Shown piece after piece: positions 8,423 through 17,510 of a DNA stretch of 64,000 nucleotides (positions are counted from its first letter, which is position 1; the number at the start of each line of letters is the position of its first letter). This DNA comes from Flavobacteriales bacterium UBA4474 (lineage in GTDB: Bacteria; Bacteroidota; Bacteroidia; Flavobacteriales_D; Sanyastnellaceae). A model generated the notes under the pieces. The model was not told where the DNA came from and did no database searches. It worked only from the letters and a program-made list of their open reading frames with translations. The stretch spans positions 15,080 through 79,079 of the forward strand of contig DGOE01000041.1 of NCBI GenBank assembly GCA_002389295.1, written 5' to 3'. The translations under genes were made by a program, and so were the position numbers.

Positions 8423-11400
8423 ATGGAATCTTCACAACCGAAAGACGCATCCACCTCCGCGGCCACGCGATCCGGACATCCCATCCGCATCGTTACGGCA
8501 GCTTCTCTCTTTGATGGCCATGACGCGGCCATCAACATCATGCGGCGGATCCTGCAGCGCTCGGGATGCGAGATCATCCACTTGGGCCATGACCGCTCTG
8601 TCGACGAAGTGGTGAACTGTGCCATTGAGGAGGACGCACAAGCCATTGCCATGACCTCCTACCAAGGGGGCCACATGGAGTACTTCAAGTACATGAAGGA
8701 CCTCCTGGACGAGCGCGGCGCTGGCCACATCCGCATTTTTGGCGGCGGCGGCGGCACCATCCTCCCCACGGAAATCGCGGAACTGCAGGAATACGGTATC
8801 GAGCGGATTTACCACCCTGATGACGGGCGGGAATTGGGCCTGCAGGGCATGATCGACGATGTCATCCAACGCTGCGACTTCCCCGTTGTGGGCGCGCCTT
8901 TTGGAGAGGCCGACCGGCTGAGTGAAAAGCGCCCTGGAGACCTTGCGCGGCTGATTACGGCTGCAGAGGTGGGCGCCAAGCCGTATGCCGATATCCTCGA
9001 CGGCATCAGGACAGCCGGCCAAACAGCCAACGTCCCTGTGCTGGGCATCACCGGTACCGGTGGAGCCGGTAAGAGCTCTCTGGTCGATGAACTGGTCCGC
9101 CGGTTTCTCATCGATTTTGACGACAAGCGCATGGCCATTGTGTCTGTGGACCCCTCCAAGCGCAAAACGGGCGGCGCCTTGCTCGGCGACCGCATCCGAA
9201 TGAATGCCATCGCTTCGGGGCGGGTGTACATGCGCTCTTTGGCCACGCGTCAATCCAACCTGGCACTCAGCCGCCATGTGGGCGATGCCCTCCAGATCCT
9301 GAAGGCGGCTGGATTCGACCTCATCGTGCTCGAGACCTCCGGCATTGGCCAAAGCGATACGGAGATCATGGAGCACAGCGATGTGGCCCTGTATGTCATG
9401 ACCCCTGAATTCGGGGCGGCCACGCAGCTCGAAAAGATCGACATGCTCGACTTCGCCGACGTGGTGGCGATCAACAAGTTTGACAAGCGCGGCGGCGCCG
9501 ATGCCCTGCGCGACGTGCGCAAGCAATACAAGCGCAACCACGAACTGTGGGAGGCCCAAGACGGGGACCTGCCCATCTTTGGCACCATTGCTTCGCAGTT
9601 CAACGACCCCGGAACCCACCGTTTGTACCGGACATTGATGAACGCCCTCTCGGAAAAGACCGGAGCTGTGCTGGCGAGCACCTTTGGTGCCGACGCCGGA
9701 GAGAGCGAAAAGGTTCATGTGATTCCGCCAAAACGGACGCGGTACTTGAGCGAAATCGCCGATGGCATCCGTGCCTACAACGATTGGACGGATGCCCAAG
9801 CTGCGCTTGCCGGAAAACTGCAGGCCCTGCGGATCGCACGCGCTGAACTGGCCGATACGGATGCCGATACGCTCCTGGCGGCGAAGGCGGAAGGGCTTAC
9901 ACGGGAACTTGACCCCAAGAACCTGCACTGGCTCGAAACATGGCCGGAGGAGGCCGACCGCTATCGCAATGCGGAGTACATCTTCGAAGTGCGGGGCAAG
10001 GAAATCCGGATCCCTACGACCACCAAGAGCCTGAGTCACCAGGACATCCCCAAGGTCAGCGTGCCTCGGCTCACCGGATGGCGCGACCTGTTGCGTTGGG
10101 GCCTGCAGGAAAACGTGCCCGGCGCTTTTCCCTTTACAGCCGGTATCTATCCCTTCAAGCGCCAAGGCGAAGACCCCACCCGCATGTTTGCCGGCGAGGG
10201 CGGACCGGAGCGAACGAATCGGCGGTTCCACTATGTCTCTGGAGACATGCCGGCCAAACGGCTGTCTACAGCGTTTGATTCCGTCACCCTTTACGGGCGC
10301 GATCCGGACCTGCGGCCCGATATCCATGGAAAGGTGGGCAACTCCGGGGTGAGCGTTTGTTCCCTCGACGATGCCAAGCGCCTTTACAGCGGTTTTGACC
10401 TCTGCGACCCCTCTACCAGTGTGTCGATGACCATCAACGGTCCGGCGCCCATGGTGTTGGCCTTCTTCCTCAACGCCGCCATCGACCAGCGCTGCGAGAA
10501 GTACATCCGTGCGCATGGATTGGAAGCCGAGGTGGAAGCCGTGCTCAAGGCCCGATGGGACGACCAGGGCCTCTCCCGCCCGGTCTACCGCGGTGCCTTG
10601 CCCGAGGGCAATGACGGATTGGGGCTGCTCCTGCTCGGGTGCACCGGTGATGAAGTGCTCGATGCCAAAACCTACGCCCCTTTGGCTGCCGAAGCGCTGT
10701 CCCAGGTGCGCGGCACTGTGCAGGCCGACATCCTCAAGGAGGACCAGGCCCAAAACACCTGCATTTTCTCTACCGAGTTTGCCTTGCGGCTCATGGGCGA
10801 TGTGCAGTCTTACTTTATTGACCAGAAAGTCCGCAATTTCTATTCGGTCTCGATTTCTGGCTACCACATCGCAGAGGCGGGGGCCAACCCCATCACGCAG
10901 CTCGCCTTTACCCTAGCCAACGGCTTTACTTATGTGGAGTATTACCTGAGCCGGGGCATGGACATCAACCACTTTGGACCCAACCTCAGCTTCTTCTTCT
11001 CCAATGGCATCGATCCGGAATATGCGGTGATTGGCCGCGTCGCCCGGCGCATTTGGGCCAAGGCCATGGACAAGAAGTACGGTGCAGATGAGCGGGCCCA
11101 AAAGCTCAAGTACCACATCCAGACCAGTGGCCGCTCCCTGCACGCGCAAGAAATCGACTTCAACGATATCCGCACGACGCTGCAGGCCCTCTACGCCATT
11201 TACGACAACTGCAACTCCCTGCACACCAACGCCTTTGACGAGGCCATCACCACACCTACCGAGGGCAGCGTCCGGCGGGCCATTGCCATTCAGCTCATCA
11301 TCAACCGGGAGTTGGGGCTGGCCAAAAACGAAAACCCGCTGCAGGGCGCCTTCATCATCGAGGAACTCACCGACCTGGTCGAGGAAGCGGTGATGGTGGA

Positions 11401-11809
11401 ATTCGATAGACTCACCGAACGCGGCGGGGTGCTCGGCGCCATGGAAACCATGTACCAGCGCAGCCGCATCCAAGAGGAGAGCCTGCACTATGAGACGCTG
11501 AAGCACACGGGCGAGTACCCCATCATCGGGGTGAATACCTTCCTGTCCAAGGAGGGCTCCCCCACCATTGTGCCGGGCGAAGTCATCCGCGCCACGCCGG
11601 AAGAGAAGCAGGGCCAAATCGACGGTCTTGCGGCGCTGCACAGCGCCCATGGCGACCGGACGGAAGCTGCCCTGGAAAATGTGCGGCGCATTGCTGTAGA
11701 ACACGGCAATCTGTTTGCCGAGTTGATGGAAGCGGTGAAGTCCTGCTCGCTGGGGCAATTGACCGAAGCGATGTTTGAAGTGGGCGGCGCCTACCGCCGC
11801 AACATGTGA
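8423..11809 (+). CDS. icmF: Fused isobutyryl-CoA mutase IcmF (B12-binding domain + MeaB-like GTPase + mutase catalytic domain)
   Basis: N-terminal B12 domain ([22 protein letters not shown], DxHxxG). P-loop G-protein ([24 protein letters not shown]). Large C-terminal methylmalonyl/isobutyryl-CoA-mutase-type TIM barrel. About 1128 aa from the ATG at 8423 (MESSQPKD). Confidence 0.9.
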   Translation: MESSQPKDASTSAATRSGHPIRIVTAASLFDGHDAAINIMRRILQRSGCEIIHLGHDRSVDEVVNCAIEEDAQAIAMTSYQGGHMEYFKYMKDLLDERGAGHIRIFGGGGGTILPTEIAELQEYGIERIYHPDDGRELGLQGMIDDVIQRCDFPVVGAPFGEADRLSEKRPGDLARLITAAEVGAKPYADILDGIRTAGQTANVPVLGITGTGGAGKSSLVDELVRRFLIDFDDKRMAIVSVDPSKRKTGGALLGDRIRMNAIASGRVYMRSLATRQSNLALSRHVGDALQILKAAGFDLIVLETSGIGQSDTEIMEHSDVALYVMTPEFGAATQLEKIDMLDFADVVAINKFDKRGGADALRDVRKQYKRNHELWEAQDGDLPIFGTIASQFNDPGTHRLYRTLMNALSEKTGAVLASTFGADAGESEKVHVIPPKRTRYLSEIADGIRAYNDWTDAQAALAGKLQALRIARAELADTDADTLLAAKAEGLTRELDPKNLHWLETWPEEADRYRNAEYIFEVRGKEIRIPTTTKSLSHQDIPKVSVPRLTGWRDLLRWGLQENVPGAFPFTAGIYPFKRQGEDPTRMFAGEGGPERTNRRFHYVSGDMPAKRLSTAFDSVTLYGRDPDLRPDIHGKVGNSGVSVCSLDDAKRLYSGFDLCDPSTSVSMTINGPAPMVLAFFLNAAIDQRCEKYIRAHGLEAEVEAVLKARWDDQGLSRPVYRGALPEGNDGLGLLLLGCTGDEVLDAKTYAPLAAEALSQVRGTVQADILKEDQAQNTCIFSTEFALRLMGDVQSYFIDQKVRNFYSVSISGYHIAEAGANPITQLAFTLANGFTYVEYYLSRGMDINHFGPNLSFFFSNGIDPEYAVIGRVARRIWAKAMDKKYGADERAQKLKYHIQTSGRSLHAQEIDFNDIRTTLQALYAIYDNCNSLHTNAFDEAITTPTEGSVRRAIAIQLIINRELGLAKNENPLQGAFIIEELTDLVEEAVMVEFDRLTERGGVLGAMETMYQRSRIQEESLHYETLKHTGEYPIIGVNTFLSKEGSPTIVPGEVIRATPEEKQGQIDGLAALHSAHGDRTEAALENVRRIAVEHGNLFAELMEAVKSCSLGQLTEAMFEVGGAYRRNM

Positions 11810-11819
11810 GTCCCTCAGC

Positions 11820-12536
11820 GTGATCGTTTCCCTCTGGTCCGGCCCGCGTTCCATGAGCACTGCGCTCATGTACAGCATGGCGCAGCGGGTAGATACGCGG
11901 GTGCTCGACGAACCCCTTTACGGCCACTTCCTCGCGCACACTGGCGCTGAGCGTCCGTGTCGGGCCGCTACGCTCGCTGCGTGGCCGACCACGCCCCAAG
12001 CCGCCCTTGATTTCATGGCGCCGAAACCAGCGGAGCTCAGCGGCAACCATGTGCTGTTCTGCAAGCACATGGCCAACCACATTGACGGGCTACCGTGGGG
12101 TGCCTTTGAAGGCCATCGGCACGTGTTGCTCTTCCGCAACCCAGCTGCAGTGATGGCTTCATATGGCGCCCACATCCAGCGTCCGACGCTGGCCGATCTC
12201 TGTTATGACCACCAGCTGGAATTGCTCGAGCGAATGAACCAGGCCGGTACTGCGCCTGTGGTCGTGTGCAGCGACCGGTTGCAGGCCGACCCAGAGCGGG
12301 TCTTGCGCGCCATGTGCGGCGCGTTGGGGCTCGATTGGGACCCGGCCATCATGCGTTGGCAGGCCGGGGCGCGGCCAGAAGACGGTCCTTGGGCGCCTTG
12401 GTGGTATGACGGGGTGCACGCCTCTGCGGGTTGGGAGGCCCGTCCGGTGCGCACGCATGCCGTTCCGCTGCATCTTACCGACCTTCACGCCGCATGTGAG
12501 GGCGCCTACAACCAGCTCCTAGAACGCGCGATCTGA
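11820..12536 (+). CDS. Sulfotransferase-fold (P-loop-like) protein of unknown function
   Basis: VIVSLWSGPRSMSTALMYSMAQRVDTRVLDEPLYGHFL...FCKHMANH...VLLFRNPAAVMASY. The likely GTG start at 11820 avoids overlapping the icmF stop. The stop overlaps the start of the next gene by 1 nt. Confidence 0.65.
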   Translation: MIVSLWSGPRSMSTALMYSMAQRVDTRVLDEPLYGHFLAHTGAERPCRAATLAAWPTTPQAALDFMAPKPAELSGNHVLFCKHMANHIDGLPWGAFEGHRHVLLFRNPAAVMASYGAHIQRPTLADLCYDHQLELLERMNQAGTAPVVVCSDRLQADPERVLRAMCGALGLDWDPAIMRWQAGARPEDGPWAPWWYDGVHASAGWEARPVRTHAVPLHLTDLHAACEGAYNQLLERAI

Positions 12537-13450
12537 TGGCCAAGTACAACCAACCCGACCCCCGCAACGAACGCACCCAATGCTGGGTCAACGGCCTCGT
12601 CCCCAGGGCGGAGGCCAAGGTGCACGCCCTCGACAGTGTCGTCCAGGGTGGCGATGCCGTCTGGGAAGGACTGCGCATCACCGATGGCCGGGCCATTCAA
12701 TTGGAAGAACACCTGACGCGGCTGTTGGACTCCGCCCACGCCCTGGCATTTGCGGACATTCCGTCCCGCGAAGAATTGCGACAGGCCATTTTCGACACCC
12801 TCAAGGCCAATGAAATGCGGGACGGTGTGCATTGCCGCATCACCCTGTCACGTGGCGTGAAATCCACCAGCGGCATGGACCCCCGCTTGAATGTGCACGG
12901 TCCTACCCTGATCATCGTGCCCGAGTACAAAGGCATGGTGTACGGCGACGAAGGCATCCGGCTCGTGACCAGTGCGATCCGGCGCAACGGTCCGCAGTTT
13001 CTCGACAGCCACATTCACCACAACAACCTGCTCAACAACATCCTCGCCAAGATCGAGGCCAATGTCGCCGGTGCCGATGATGCCATCATGCTTGACGACC
13101 GCGGATTTCTCGCAGAAACCAACGCCACCAACCTCTTCCTTGTCCGCGACGGGGCATTGCTCACCCCCTACGCCCACGCCTGCCTTCCGGGCCTGACCCG
13201 GCAGTTCGTGTGCGATGCGGCAGCAGCAGCGGGGATTCCCGCACGCGAGGCCGACCTCACCTTGACGCAGCTGTATACGGCGGATGAAGCCTTCACCACC
13301 GGCACCATGGGTGCCTTGGCCCATATCGTGGAGGCCGATGGAAGGCGGATTGCGGATGGCACCAAAGGGCCGGTGACGCGCCGTTTACAAGAGGCTTACC
13401 ATGCGCAAATTTTGGATACGGCCATCCCTTTGCCTGACATTGCAGGCTGA
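12536..13450 (+). CDS. Class IV (fold type IV) PLP aminotransferase (branched-chain/D-amino-acid aminotransferase or aminodeoxychorismate-lyase family)
   Basis: 304 aa. Family-typical segments: VVQGGDAVWEGLR, RITLSRG, LLNNILAKIEA..AGADDAIMLD..GFLAETNATNLF, LTPYAHACLPGLTR, ADEAFTTGT. Confidence 0.85.
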   Translation: MAKYNQPDPRNERTQCWVNGLVPRAEAKVHALDSVVQGGDAVWEGLRITDGRAIQLEEHLTRLLDSAHALAFADIPSREELRQAIFDTLKANEMRDGVHCRITLSRGVKSTSGMDPRLNVHGPTLIIVPEYKGMVYGDEGIRLVTSAIRRNGPQFLDSHIHHNNLLNNILAKIEANVAGADDAIMLDDRGFLAETNATNLFLVRDGALLTPYAHACLPGLTRQFVCDAAAAAGIPAREADLTLTQLYTADEAFTTGTMGALAHIVEADGRRIADGTKGPVTRRLQEAYHAQILDTAIPLPDIAG

Positions 13451-13485
13451 TAAGGCCGGTCAACCTGCCCCAACACTGCTCACCG

Positions 13486-13929
13486 ATGTCCCCCACCCTC
13501 CGCAATATTCTCGCCGGCCTGGCCGGTGCCATCGCCAGTCAACCCGCCAATATGCTGTTGTTGGCGCCCATGGCCCGCCTCACCGGAGCACCTGAGCTGC
13601 CCCAGCCCCCTGAGGGCATGTCGATGCTGGAAGTCCATGAATTCTACGCGCCGCTCATCGCCCAATTCGAGCCGGTTCACTTCGTGGGTCCCATTGTCGC
13701 CCATTGGAACGGGGCATTCATCGGCGCCCTGGTCGCCGCATTGCTCATGAGTGGAAAAAAAGGAACCGTCCCTTTGATTGTGGCCAGCTTGTCCCTTGTG
13801 GGCGGAATCATGATGGCCTTCCTCACCTCCAGTCAGCCCGTTTGGTCCATGGCGCTTGACCTTGCCGGCTATCTGCCCATGGGGTGGCTGGGTTGGCAAC
13901 TGGCACTCCGCTTGCGCCAGAAGCGCTGA
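13486..13929 (+). CDS. Small integral membrane protein, unknown function
   Basis: 147-aa ORF with about 4 hydrophobic helices (ILAGLAGAIASQ, GAFIGALVAALLM, LIVASLSLVGGIMMAFL, LAGYLPMGWLGW). The antisense 166-aa ORF looks like junk. Confidence 0.5.
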   Translation: MSPTLRNILAGLAGAIASQPANMLLLAPMARLTGAPELPQPPEGMSMLEVHEFYAPLIAQFEPVHFVGPIVAHWNGAFIGALVAALLMSGKKGTVPLIVASLSLVGGIMMAFLTSSQPVWSMALDLAGYLPMGWLGWQLALRLRQKR

Positions 13930-13973
13930 ATGGGGTAGACAGAACCGGGCGCCAGGGCCGACCTTTGCAGCGG

Positions 13974-14831
13974 ATGTCACGTGGCTTGGTCTTTATGTTG
14001 CAGTCGGTGGTGCTCTACACCTCCGCCAACCTGCTGGTCAAGGCCCTCGCGGTCCTTCCGACGCCGCAATTGGTCTTCCTGCGCAGCGTCATCAGCCTGT
14101 TTTTTTGCGTCATCTGGCTCTGGAGAAAGGGCCAACCGCTGTGGGGTCACAACCGCAAATGGCTGGTCGTCCGGGGCGTGATGGGCATGATCGGGTTGAC
14201 CTTGTTTTTCCATATCATCCGGCACATCCCGCTGGCCAGCGCCACGGTCATCCAGTACCTCTCCCCCATTTTCACGGTGCTGCTGGCCATCCTGTTTGAC
14301 GGTCAGCGGATCAAGACCCACCGCTGGGTCTACTTCGCCGCAGCCTTTGGCGGCGTGCTGATGGTGAAGGGCTTTGATCCACGTGTCTCTTGGCTTTACC
14401 TGGCCATGGGCGTGGGCAGCGCTTTGGCCGCCGCTGTGGCCTACCTCGCCACCATCAAGTGCCGCGAGACCGACAGCCCCGTCGGGATTGTCGCCTATTT
14501 CCACCTGATTGCCACCCCCATCATGGGCACGTGGAGCGCCGCGGTGTGGCACCCCATGACGGCCAGCCAATGGGGCATGGCCCTGGGAATCGGGGGGCTT
14601 TCGTTGCTCGCTCAGGTGGCGATGACCAAGGCTTTGCACCTGGAAGATGCAGCCCGCGTGATGCCGTTCAAATATTTCGGCGCCTTGCTCGCACTGGGGC
14701 TGGCTTGGATCTTGTTCGATGAAAAAATCACCGGCTGGGCCTTGGTCGGCATCGGCGTGGTCTTGGCCGCTGTGACCGCCAACACCATCGCCGGAAAGCG
14801 CAAGCCGCCCGCAGTGGTCAGCGCACCGTGA
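13974..14831 (+). CDS. DMT-superfamily (EamA-like) transporter
   Basis: About 10 TM helices in two EamA-type halves. Start placed at MSRGLVFMLQSVVLYTSANLLVKAL (13974) because the upstream ORF extension overlaps the previous gene. Confidence 0.8.
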   Translation: MSRGLVFMLQSVVLYTSANLLVKALAVLPTPQLVFLRSVISLFFCVIWLWRKGQPLWGHNRKWLVVRGVMGMIGLTLFFHIIRHIPLASATVIQYLSPIFTVLLAILFDGQRIKTHRWVYFAAAFGGVLMVKGFDPRVSWLYLAMGVGSALAAAVAYLATIKCRETDSPVGIVAYFHLIATPIMGTWSAAVWHPMTASQWGMALGIGGLSLLAQVAMTKALHLEDAARVMPFKYFGALLALGLAWILFDEKITGWALVGIGVVLAAVTANTIAGKRKPPAVVSAP

Positions 14832-17256
14832 CGCGGCGCGTGTGCTCCAATGTGGCGCCTCCGGGAACCGTCTGCACCACTTGCAACAGGTAAGCTCCAG
14901 GCACGCGGCCTGCCGTTGAAAGGGCCATTTGACGCCCTCCCGTCCATTGTTCGCGGGCAACGATGCGCCCGGTCAAATCCAACCAACGTACCGCTGCGCC
15001 GTCCAACACTCCCCCGCCAAAGGACAACCGCAGCGGCTCTCCGGCCTGCACGGGGTTGGGGCTCACCGAGAACGTGGGCCCTGCCACGATGCCGCCGATG
15101 CCGTTGACTGTGGCACAGGGGTCTACGAGGTAAGGCACTGCGTTTTGGTACATGTCGTTCACGACTTCGGTGATGCCGTTGATGCAAAGCTCCGTCTCGG
15201 GTGCCTGGGTCCAGTAAATCCGGCACAAAGGCGTCCACTCATAGTGCTTGGACATGGAGGCGTTGTCATAGCTCAAACCAATGAGGGTATTGCCGCCCAA
15301 CGCATGCTCCGGTTGGATCATGTACTCCAGCGGATCGGTCAGGCTGACAGCCTGCTGAATGCCACAGCTGACATCGAACTGGTAACCGAGGATGCGGTTG
15401 TGCGGATTGAGCACCTGGACGTCAAAGAAGCCCTGCGCCCAGTTGACCTCCCCAAGCTTGAACCACACGCTGTCATAGGGATTCACCACATGGGGTGCCG
15501 GAAACTGGCACTTGTCATGGAATCCTGAGCTGTCGGGGTTGCTGTGGGCAATGTCCCAATATTGGCAACGCGCCATCAAGGCCGCATCGGATACCGTCAG
15601 CTCTCCATCCTGGTCCAGGTCGTTGCATGGTGCGGCTTGAAGGTCATTGCCCAAGATGCCATCCACATAGGCCTCCGCATCGGTGAGGTCCTGGTCGGCA
15701 TCGGCGTCGAGGTCCCCCATGAGGGCCGTGCCGCCGCAATCCCCCATGCAATCCATCTGTGCTGTTCCGTAAGGCTCTCCCGTGCAATCCACCAGTTGGT
15801 CGCAGTCGTCCCAAACATCCACCTGCAGTTCACCCGAGGTGCGGTCCATGTTGATGCAGACCACGCCCCAGTTGTTTTCGTAGTCGTTCTCCTGGCGGCC
15901 CAGCGCATCGGGGCTGTAGTCCCAATTCACCCGTACCACGAGGTGGTACAGGCCATCTGGAATGCCCGTTACATCGATCCATTGGCAGGAAAGCCCTGCG
16001 CCGTAGATGTCACCGCAATGGGCCGAAATGCCCATGTTGCTGCAGCCGTATTGGAAGGTGCCGCCGTCGCTGCATTCGAGGTCCATGACGCAGAATCCGT
16101 TTTTGAACCCGATGGGCAACATCTGGCCCTCCATGGTGAAGAGGTCGTATTTCGCATAGCCCTTGTAGTGCCAGTGGTTGTGACACTCTCCCCATTCGAA
16201 CTGCTGGGTCGAATCGCTCTGGGCGGTGGTGCCGATGTAGTAATCGATGTCGCCGATGTTTTTGATGTGGGTGGTAAAACGCACCAGTTCCCGCTCGCCG
16301 TAGCCGTTGAGACAACCTTCCACGATGTAGCAGTTGTTTTCGTCGACCATCATGGTCTCAGCCTGCAAGCTGTTCTCGATGGCGCTCTCCACCACCATGA
16401 GGTCAGGCCCCGTGCAGAGTGGATCGCCCGGGTAAACACAGCTTCCGTTGTCCAATTCCGCTGCCGGGTTGTAGTTGCACGCTTCGTCATCGGTACATCC
16501 CTCTGGTGGTCCGACATAGTTCAAGCTCCAATCGAAACCGCTGCAGTCACCCGTTAGGTTGGCAAAACGCACCCAATAGGTCACGCCACCCTCGAGCAAG
16601 ACGAGCAGCTGCGCACTTTCCACATTGTCTTCGCACCCCCCTTGATTGTCATCGTAGTAGATCGACCCTTCATTGGTGTCGTCGAAGTTGTTCATGTTGC
16701 AGTAATCGTAGATCCACAGGCGCGTATCGCACCCCGACCCACAGCTGGTCAATGCGTACATGCCGTTCTGCCCCGGCGTAAACGTCCACCACTCCACATT
16801 TTCTCCCGCCGTCACCTGCAGGGGGTCTTCTCCAAGCTCCAGGAGGATGGCCTCGTTGCAGGTCCAGCCTGGAGGGCAATCAATGGCGTGGCTTTGTCCG
16901 TAACCGTAGTTTCCGCTGCCTTGGACGAGCAATTCACCGTCCAACAACACCTGGTAATATGCGTCACCGACAAGGCCATCACCGTAGGTGTCGTTCATGG
17001 TGAACACCATGCAGTCCTCCCAATCTGCCGTGTCCACGCAGAATGTGTAGAGCGTATCGTTGGCGTCGGCCACATCTGCCTCGAGCAGGATGTCTCCCGA
17101 GCCATTGGTCAGGTCCCAGCTCATTTCATAAGGCCACGCATCGGGTGCGATGATGACGGAAAAGGTGTGCTGATCGTCTGCACAGTCCTGCCCGCAGATG
17201 GCAGAACAAAAAAGAAATGCAGCAATGAGTAAGGGAACCCGGGTGGCGAATGACAT
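14818..17256 (-). CDS. Secreted lysyl-oxidase-like copper amine oxidase with type-A T9SS C-terminal domain
   Basis: Paralogue of 5303..8344 with the same module order: signal peptide, D.W.YE.SW...DTYGDG module, PPC-like segment, GCTDDEACNYNPAAELDNGSCVY, LOX domain, dockerin-like pair, conserved beta-rich region. It ends in a Por-type CTD (FSVSPNPVQAGEPLRLSF...GAYLLQVV...RRVTVR). Confidence 0.85.
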   Translation of the reverse strand: MSFATRVPLLIAAFLFCSAICGQDCADDQHTFSVIIAPDAWPYEMSWDLTNGSGDILLEADVADANDTLYTFCVDTADWEDCMVFTMNDTYGDGLVGDAYYQVLLDGELLVQGSGNYGYGQSHAIDCPPGWTCNEAILLELGEDPLQVTAGENVEWWTFTPGQNGMYALTSCGSGCDTRLWIYDYCNMNNFDDTNEGSIYYDDNQGGCEDNVESAQLLVLLEGGVTYWVRFANLTGDCSGFDWSLNYVGPPEGCTDDEACNYNPAAELDNGSCVYPGDPLCTGPDLMVVESAIENSLQAETMMVDENNCYIVEGCLNGYGERELVRFTTHIKNIGDIDYYIGTTAQSDSTQQFEWGECHNHWHYKGYAKYDLFTMEGQMLPIGFKNGFCVMDLECSDGGTFQYGCSNMGISAHCGDIYGAGLSCQWIDVTGIPDGLYHLVVRVNWDYSPDALGRQENDYENNWGVVCINMDRTSGELQVDVWDDCDQLVDCTGEPYGTAQMDCMGDCGGTALMGDLDADADQDLTDAEAYVDGILGNDLQAAPCNDLDQDGELTVSDAALMARCQYWDIAHSNPDSSGFHDKCQFPAPHVVNPYDSVWFKLGEVNWAQGFFDVQVLNPHNRILGYQFDVSCGIQQAVSLTDPLEYMIQPEHALGGNTLIGLSYDNASMSKHYEWTPLCRIYWTQAPETELCINGITEVVNDMYQNAVPYLVDPCATVNGIGGIVAGPTFSVSPNPVQAGEPLRLSFGGGVLDGAAVRWLDLTGRIVAREQWTGGRQMALSTAGRVPGAYLLQVVQTVPGGATLEHTRRVTVR
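15844..16410 (-). other. Lysyl oxidase (LOX)-like catalytic domain
   Basis: PDLMVVESA...CYIVEGC...RELVRFTTHIKNIGDIDYY...FEWGECHNHWHYKGY...IGFKNGFCVMDLECS...HCGDIYGAGLSCQWIDVTG...DYENN. The His triad, the lysine and the tyrosine are all conserved. Confidence 0.8.
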
Positions 17257-17373
17257 GACGCCAATTTACCCCGCAAATCTTCGCCCCTCGCCCATCACCG
17301 AATGCAGCACGCAGAATATCGAAGGGACGCTGCCTTGTCCTATTTTTGCGCCAGCACACGACGCAATCGCATT

Positions 17374-17496
17374 ATGGCCCACGATCAAGACCACCACGAC
17401 CACTCAGAAGCCGAGCAGAATGAAATCGGCGGACCGGTTGTACTCGCGCTATTTCTCTTCGGATTGGTCATATTGACCATCTACTTCCTCAGCTGA
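17374..17496 (+). CDS. Possible 40-aa His/Asp-rich single-pass membrane peptide
   Basis: MAHDQDHHDHSEAEQNEIGGPVVLALFLFGLVILTIYFLS*. Acidic/His-rich head plus one TM helix. Divergent from the LOX gene. Only ORF-level support. Confidence 0.3.
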   Translation: MAHDQDHHDHSEAEQNEIGGPVVLALFLFGLVILTIYFLS

Positions 17497-17510
17497 GGAA
17501 GCAGCCCCGT

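Noticed and set aside
8432-10867. 811-aa ORF on the minus strand, antisense to icmF
   Set aside because: It lies entirely inside a gene with unmistakable IcmF motifs. The translation is Arg/Gly/Ala/His-rich with no motifs. This is the typical stop-poor antisense frame of a GC-rich coding region.
13480-13980. 166-aa minus-strand ORF overlapping the small membrane-protein gene
   Set aside because: The plus-strand frame gives coherent TM helices. The minus-strand product is Gly/His/Gln-rich with no structure-like pattern.
17484-17501. Perfect 18-nt palindrome CTTCCTCAGCTGAGGAAG between convergent genes
   Set aside because: It could form a 7-bp hairpin with a 4-nt loop, but it has no convincing U-tract on either strand and overlaps a doubtful small ORF's stop codon. 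I did not call it a terminator or operator.
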